DNA of 64,000 nucleotides from the human T2T-CHM13v2.0 reference genome, Homo sapiens, in assembly GCF_009914755.1 (NCBI RefSeq), contig NC_060937.1, one strand, 5' to 3'. Below the pieces are notes generated by a model. The model did no database searches. It worked only from the letters and a program-made list of their open reading frames with translations, and was not told the origin of the DNA. Positions 58,529-64,000 of the stretch are shown piece by piece (position 1 is the first letter of the stretch; every line of letters begins with the position of its first letter). The position numbers and the translations under genes are program-made.

Positions 58529-60131
58529 CTCATGAGACTGAAGCTGTGTCTCAACTGAAGCTTGACTGGGAAGGATGCACTTCTGAGCTCAATCTGGTTA
58601 GTTGTGCATTATTGTTTTGACTCAGTTCTTAGTTTCTTTCTGTCTTTGGTCAGGGCACTCTCTCCATTCTCTGTCACACAAGCCTGTAAAAATGAAAGCT
58701 TAAAACATTGAAGCTCGCTTCTCCAGAGCAAAGTATGCGACAGACAGAGAGAAAGACAGGAAAAAAGGAAGTAAACAATATCACAAGAGAGAGAAAGTAA
58801 GAAGCAAGTGACAATCTTTTCATAATCAAATATTGGCAGTGACATTCCCTATTTTCAAATGTATTCTACTGCCATGAAGTGAGTCACTAACCACTTACTG
58901 TTTACATTTGGGTGTGTATAGTTGGAAATAAAAATTATTATGAGCCATCATGAAGGCTGTGCACTACGTATGCCAAGGTGAGACAAATGGGCCTGATTCT
59001 ACATATAACGAGAAGGTACTACAATGTGTGTTGTTGTTATTGTTGTTGTTCTGGCCAAAGAATAACAACATCTAAATTTTATTCAATTTCAATGTTTTCA
59101 TGGTGGAGTTTGAAAAATAAATTCAAGAGGGGACATGACTTTCTCAAGATTCAAGTTATAAAACCCAGGCATGTTTGAGAGATATTCAAGCAATGTCCCA
59201 TCCCTTGTAGTTTCTTTCTCTAAGTTTATGCAGTAGCTGTGTTTAATATCAAACCCAACAGTCATGCGTATCATTTTATACATATCTCATGAGATCCCTT
59301 GCAGCTGGATGCCACCATAATCCCCACTGTGCAGGCTGTGAGACTATGGAGCCCCTGAGAGGCACAATGACATACTTGGCATCACATAATTAATACATTA
59401 AACATAAAGACTTTAACTCAGCTTGTATCCTCAAACTTGTGGCTCTGGCTGCATTCCATTTCCTCCGGCACTGGTGCAGGAGGTGCTGTATTTGCATAAT
59501 TGTGCACAAGTAATCAGATGACTTGGGAGAGAATGGTGAGCAGTCAGCAGTGCAGAAAAGCCTTTGAGTAGGTCTTATTGAAGGAAGATAGGTCTTACTG
59601 AAAGAAGAATAATACCTTCAAGAAGTGACCTCATTTCTTTGGTGAAAGGTCCTAACAGTACTAAGTATTCTGGTAACCAAAAACTCACATTCTAAAGACA
59701 GTCCACCATACAGCACTGTTGGCCAGAATCTCTCAAGAGAGAAAGATGTTCTGCTGTATAACAACTTTCTGAGGCTCTTTCTTGTGAGGTTCTGTTCCTC
59801 ACAAGTAGCACCTTCTAGCTATGTCTTCACACGACAGAAGGGGCATGAATATTCCTTTCAACCTCCGTCACACGGGCACTATTATTTTCTCGTTAACATG
59901 CAGCCCTCCTGACTTAATAACTTTCTCAAAGTTCCAATAACTAATAGTATCACACTGAATCCACGTGTGGATTAAGTTTTTAAATATGAATGTGGAGAGT
60001 GAGGAACACAAATATCCAGACCATAGCAAAAAGTTAATAAGCAATAACAATTGCAGTGGACAGTATTATTAATGCTTGGGATATGGGAATTTGATGTTTC
60101 TATCACAAAGGTTAAACAATGGTTTATCCTT

Positions 60132-60420
60132 GGCCGGGCATGATGGCTCAAGCCTGTAATCCAAGCACTTTGGGATGTCAAGGCAGGCGGATCACAAGGT
60201 CAGGAGATCGAGACCATCCTGGCTAATACGGTGAAACCCCGTCTCTACTAAAAGTCCAAAAATATTGCTGGGTGTGGTGGCGGGCGCCTGTAGTCCCCGC
60301 TACTAGGGAAGCTGAGGCAGGAAAAAGGTGTGAACCCAGGAGGTGGAGCTTTCAGTGAGCTGAGATCACACCAGTGCACTACAGCCTCGGAGACACAGCA
60401 AGACTCCATCAAAAAAATAA
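60132..60420 (+). mobile_element. AluY-like
   Basis: GGCCGGGCATGATGGCTC...GAGATCGAGACCATCCTGGCTAATACGG...GACTCCATC followed by an A-rich tail. Confidence 0.92.
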
Positions 60421-61374
60421 AATTAAATTAAAACATATAACAAAATTAAGGTCCAATTAAAGGTAAATATATATAGCAAAAAAAAATTCAAGCTCTGATA
60501 AGGTTAATTGTAACAGATTGTGCCAGAATTTTGAGATTTCTGGGGATGGACAGAGCCCAAGAGTTTCCTTCTATAACAATTTCTGTGAAGTTTCTTACAC
60601 TCTTATTCAATTTGAACGTGGATAAATGGGTTTTCTCTGTTTTGTTATTTAAGAGATTCATGATAAGGAAGGCCTATTTATGCATGATTCTTAAACAATT
60701 ATTGAGTCAGTGGTGTCTGCTGAGGAAGGGCACAGAATCTCATGCCCACAGAAGCATGATGTTCTGTCAGATAGGAGACTTCTCCCAGAGCCAGAACTTC
60801 ATCTTTCAAATGGAATTAGAGATTTTCACAGGCATACATTGCTCTGAAGCCCTATCAGAGGCTTAGCACTGAGAATATGACCAAAGAAGGTGACTAATAA
60901 ACATATGACCTAGTACTCTGATCTACAGTGATTCTACCCTCTCAAATAGCTCTTCCCTGGCTCTGGAATCTTTTCTGGATTCATCTACCAGAAACAGATA
61001 CACTGAAAGATTGAGAAGAAGCTTTTATTCTCACTGTGAGTCTTGCCCTGTCTCACCATCTTCTCTAGAAGTGCAATGTTCTAACTATTCCTGAGAGACT
61101 TCATCTCAGGTAGCTCTCTCTGACAACATAATTGAGAAGAGAAACGAGCAAGACTCAGATTATCTTGAAGGCTTGTCTAGGGTTCTTACATGATTTATGT
61201 CTCCAATTTATGTCAATATTGACAAATATAGATTCATCTCTAGATGGTAGAAAAACAGAAGGAGGAGCCTCTGCTCACAGAGAAATTAAAAGATGAATTC
61301 AATGTTTTGTAGAGCCAGCTTATTTTAAACCATGGGGCATTTAATCTTTTTAGAAAAAAACAAAAGCAATAGGG

Positions 61375-61442
61375 TTTTTTGTTTTTGTTTTTGCTTTTGC
61401 TTTTGTGTTTTCGTTTTGGTTTTTTTTGTTTGTTTGTTTTTT
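61375..61442. repeat. (TTTTG)n-like simple repeat
   Basis: T/G low-complexity tract. Confidence 0.85.
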
Positions 61443-61505
61443 CCCTGAAGCAACTCAACTGTGGCCTCAGACAACTGGGCACTGAGAACGCATGCTCCTC
61501 ACTAG

Positions 61506-61833
<328 letters not shown>

Positions 61834-62157
61834 CAAAGGATTCTTAAGGGTGATATGGGGGATGGAATGGAAAAAATAAACTTACTCTTTGCACTTCCAC
61901 CTGGTCTAACTAACCCTACTCTCATCCTATCCCAAAATTATTGCCAGACTTTTCTGGAGTGTGCCAGGGGCAATTCAGAAGGAAAAGAGGTTATTCATGC
62001 CTATCCATTTCCCATAGCTCCTGAGATCTAAGTCGTTCACTCCCCTGGTTTCAGGTTGTTGCTCCCCTTCTATATCCTCAGAATTAATGTGATCCATTCC
62101 AATACTTATAATTGTACCTTTATCTGATCCCCTCCTATTTTGCTGTAGACATTTTAT

Positions 62158-62760
62158 GTAGTAGATCCAGTTGTAATAGAGACAAGAATGTTTATATACA
62201 CCATAATCAGAACTAAATTGGAGTTCCATAACCCCTTTTTTGACTGGGCTGCTACTCAGAAATCATACAAACCAGGCTGCCTGGAGGTTGCAGTTAGGAG
62301 AAATCACATCTTGCCCAGGAATGTCAGTGTGGAAACTCAGATTTGGAAAATAGATTCCTATAGCCCCAATCATTTTGCAACACTTCTGCAGAGTTAAAAG
62401 AAAGCCAGTATCTAACAGAAAATCTTGAGCTTGCAGAATAACAGAAAAGAAAAAAAAAACAAAAACACAACTTGCCAAAACACTGAAACTCCCTCTACTT
62501 ATGAAATAAACAAACTGGCTTAAATTGGTGGAATCATTATGGCCAAATGGTGTTTTGGCAGAATCACCTTGCTGAGGTCACCGTCTGAATTTTCACTGCC
62601 TGTTTCATCACAACTCCCCTTCAGTTTGCCCATGACATCCATGAGGAGGCAATGAGCTTGAGAGTAACGTTTCAGTATAAAATTGCTTTCTCTTAAAAAC
62701 CTGATGTCATAGTATTGGCTTCTAGCACTTCAAGAAGTGAGCTCCTTTTACTTAATAACA
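62158..62760 (+). mobile_element. Probable ERV1-type (MER4-group) solo LTR
   Basis: TG...ACA ends; U5-like GGCTTCTAGCAC...CCTTTTTACTTAATAACA resembles the end at 47583. Start uncertain. Confidence 0.4.
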
Positions 62761-64000
62761 ATGTTATCTATATCTTAGAGACAGTCAACAGGAGATAATC
62801 TCTTCTGGGACCAAAGAAGGTGACTAATAAACCATTTAATCAACACATTACCTAACCAAAAGCTGTGGACCCTGATGAGGAAAATAAGTTAAAATGAGAC
62901 TACTGGCTCATTTTAATAGATATGGTGATAAAAGCAAAAAAAAAAAAAAAAAGAGAGAATTTAAGCGGTCTCAAATACCTAAAAGATGACATGGATTAGC
63001 TTCAAGTAACACATAATGTGGCTGGAGTCAGCTGATCTTTATGCTGAAAGTGTCAACAGTAGTGACAAATACTTCAAGTAACGGGTCAAAAGTCTAAGAC
63101 AGTCATTCTGCCAGAAATGGTCTGGGACTTCCCCATATATGGGACACGTAGATCAACTTTCTCCAAGAACCACCAACCTGGCATGCAGTGATGACCTCTG
63201 CAGTAGACAGGGATTTAGGCTTGATTGTTGTTCATCTCTTTGGAGACATAACCCTAATTGTGAACTTCTAAATTAATGGCCTGACAATTAGATCAGCAGC
63301 TAAGATAAATTTCAGTTTGCAGCCCCAAAGAAGATGTTCTTAATTAGACAGTTAATCATTTTCAATATGGAAGCCTAAACACGTAGAATGTGGCAATAAC
63401 CCGGAACTCTCAGTTCTGACAATTGAGTGAAGTAATCACCCCAGATTCAGGTTCTTCATTGGCTGACAATGAGATCAAACACCCACACCAGCCCAGTGAA
63501 CACCATGAGGTGTCATCTTCCCTGGCCCATTAGTGAACCAGGAACAGATATTTAGAAAATATTCAGTAAATTGGGGAGTCCCACAGAGTCAGAAAGTTTG
63601 CTTGAGATAGTAGAGGGTGGCATAAAATTTCTACCGAATATGAATTTTAATTTTTACCTTAGTGCCGTTTCTATTTTAGTCTAATTTCCTTCTAGAATAT
63701 GTTATTTCTATTTACCAAGTGGCCTCCTGTGGTCTTTTTCATAGAGTTCAAATCGACCCATCTAAAAACAGAAAGATCAAGCTAACGACCTCCCTCAGGG
63801 GTCAGAATTCAGTTTCACAGCTCTGTAGCAAGCTCATTGTTGACTTACAAATTAGTGTAACCAATAGTAACGTCATGGTGACCATAACTCCAACATCCCA
63901 AAAAGTACCTCAAGTTAGAGGCTGACTTCATTTATCAGAGGATTCAAATGGCAAAATCAAGCTTTACTAGATCACTGGATTACTGGAAGAAGTGAGCAAT

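Noticed and set aside
57869-58535. Several overlapping 75-130-aa ORFs
   Set aside because: They arise from the GC-rich U3 region of LTR12, which lacks stops by composition.
59490-59504. Canonical OCT4-SOX2 composite element
   Set aside because: Octamer ATTTGCAT is present, but the adjacent AATTGTG does not match the canonical AACAATG half-site.

Overview
This is primate (human-like) repeat-rich genomic DNA typical of pericentromeric or acrocentric-short-arm segmental duplications; the chromosome is inferred, not established. No intact protein-coding gene, rRNA, tRNA or CRISPR array is visible. In order: (1) about 8.8 kb of diverged ~70-bp beta-satellite-like composite with nested Alus and an internal inversion; (2) a deleted class III (ERV-L/HERV-S-like, probably HERVL66/LTR66) provirus retaining RT/RNase H, dUTPase and a gamma-type env with CWLC and ISD motifs; (3) old and young L1 sequence hosting three same-strand processed pseudogenes (KRT18, full-length CTBP2, OOSP1); (4) an Alu cluster; (5) a CpG island built on a ~138-bp tandem array (ACRO1-like) whose units carry back-to-back ZNF143/SBS-like motifs; (6) four 3' exons of an unprocessed RALGDS/RGL4-like RasGEF pseudogene; (7) two more solo LTRs of the ERV family, MaLR LTRs, a deleted L1PA and an LTR12; (8) an ancient diverged duplication. 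Several small repair scars (fold-back hairpin, templated insertion) are also visible. Repeat family names are from recall of consensus sequences and were not searched.
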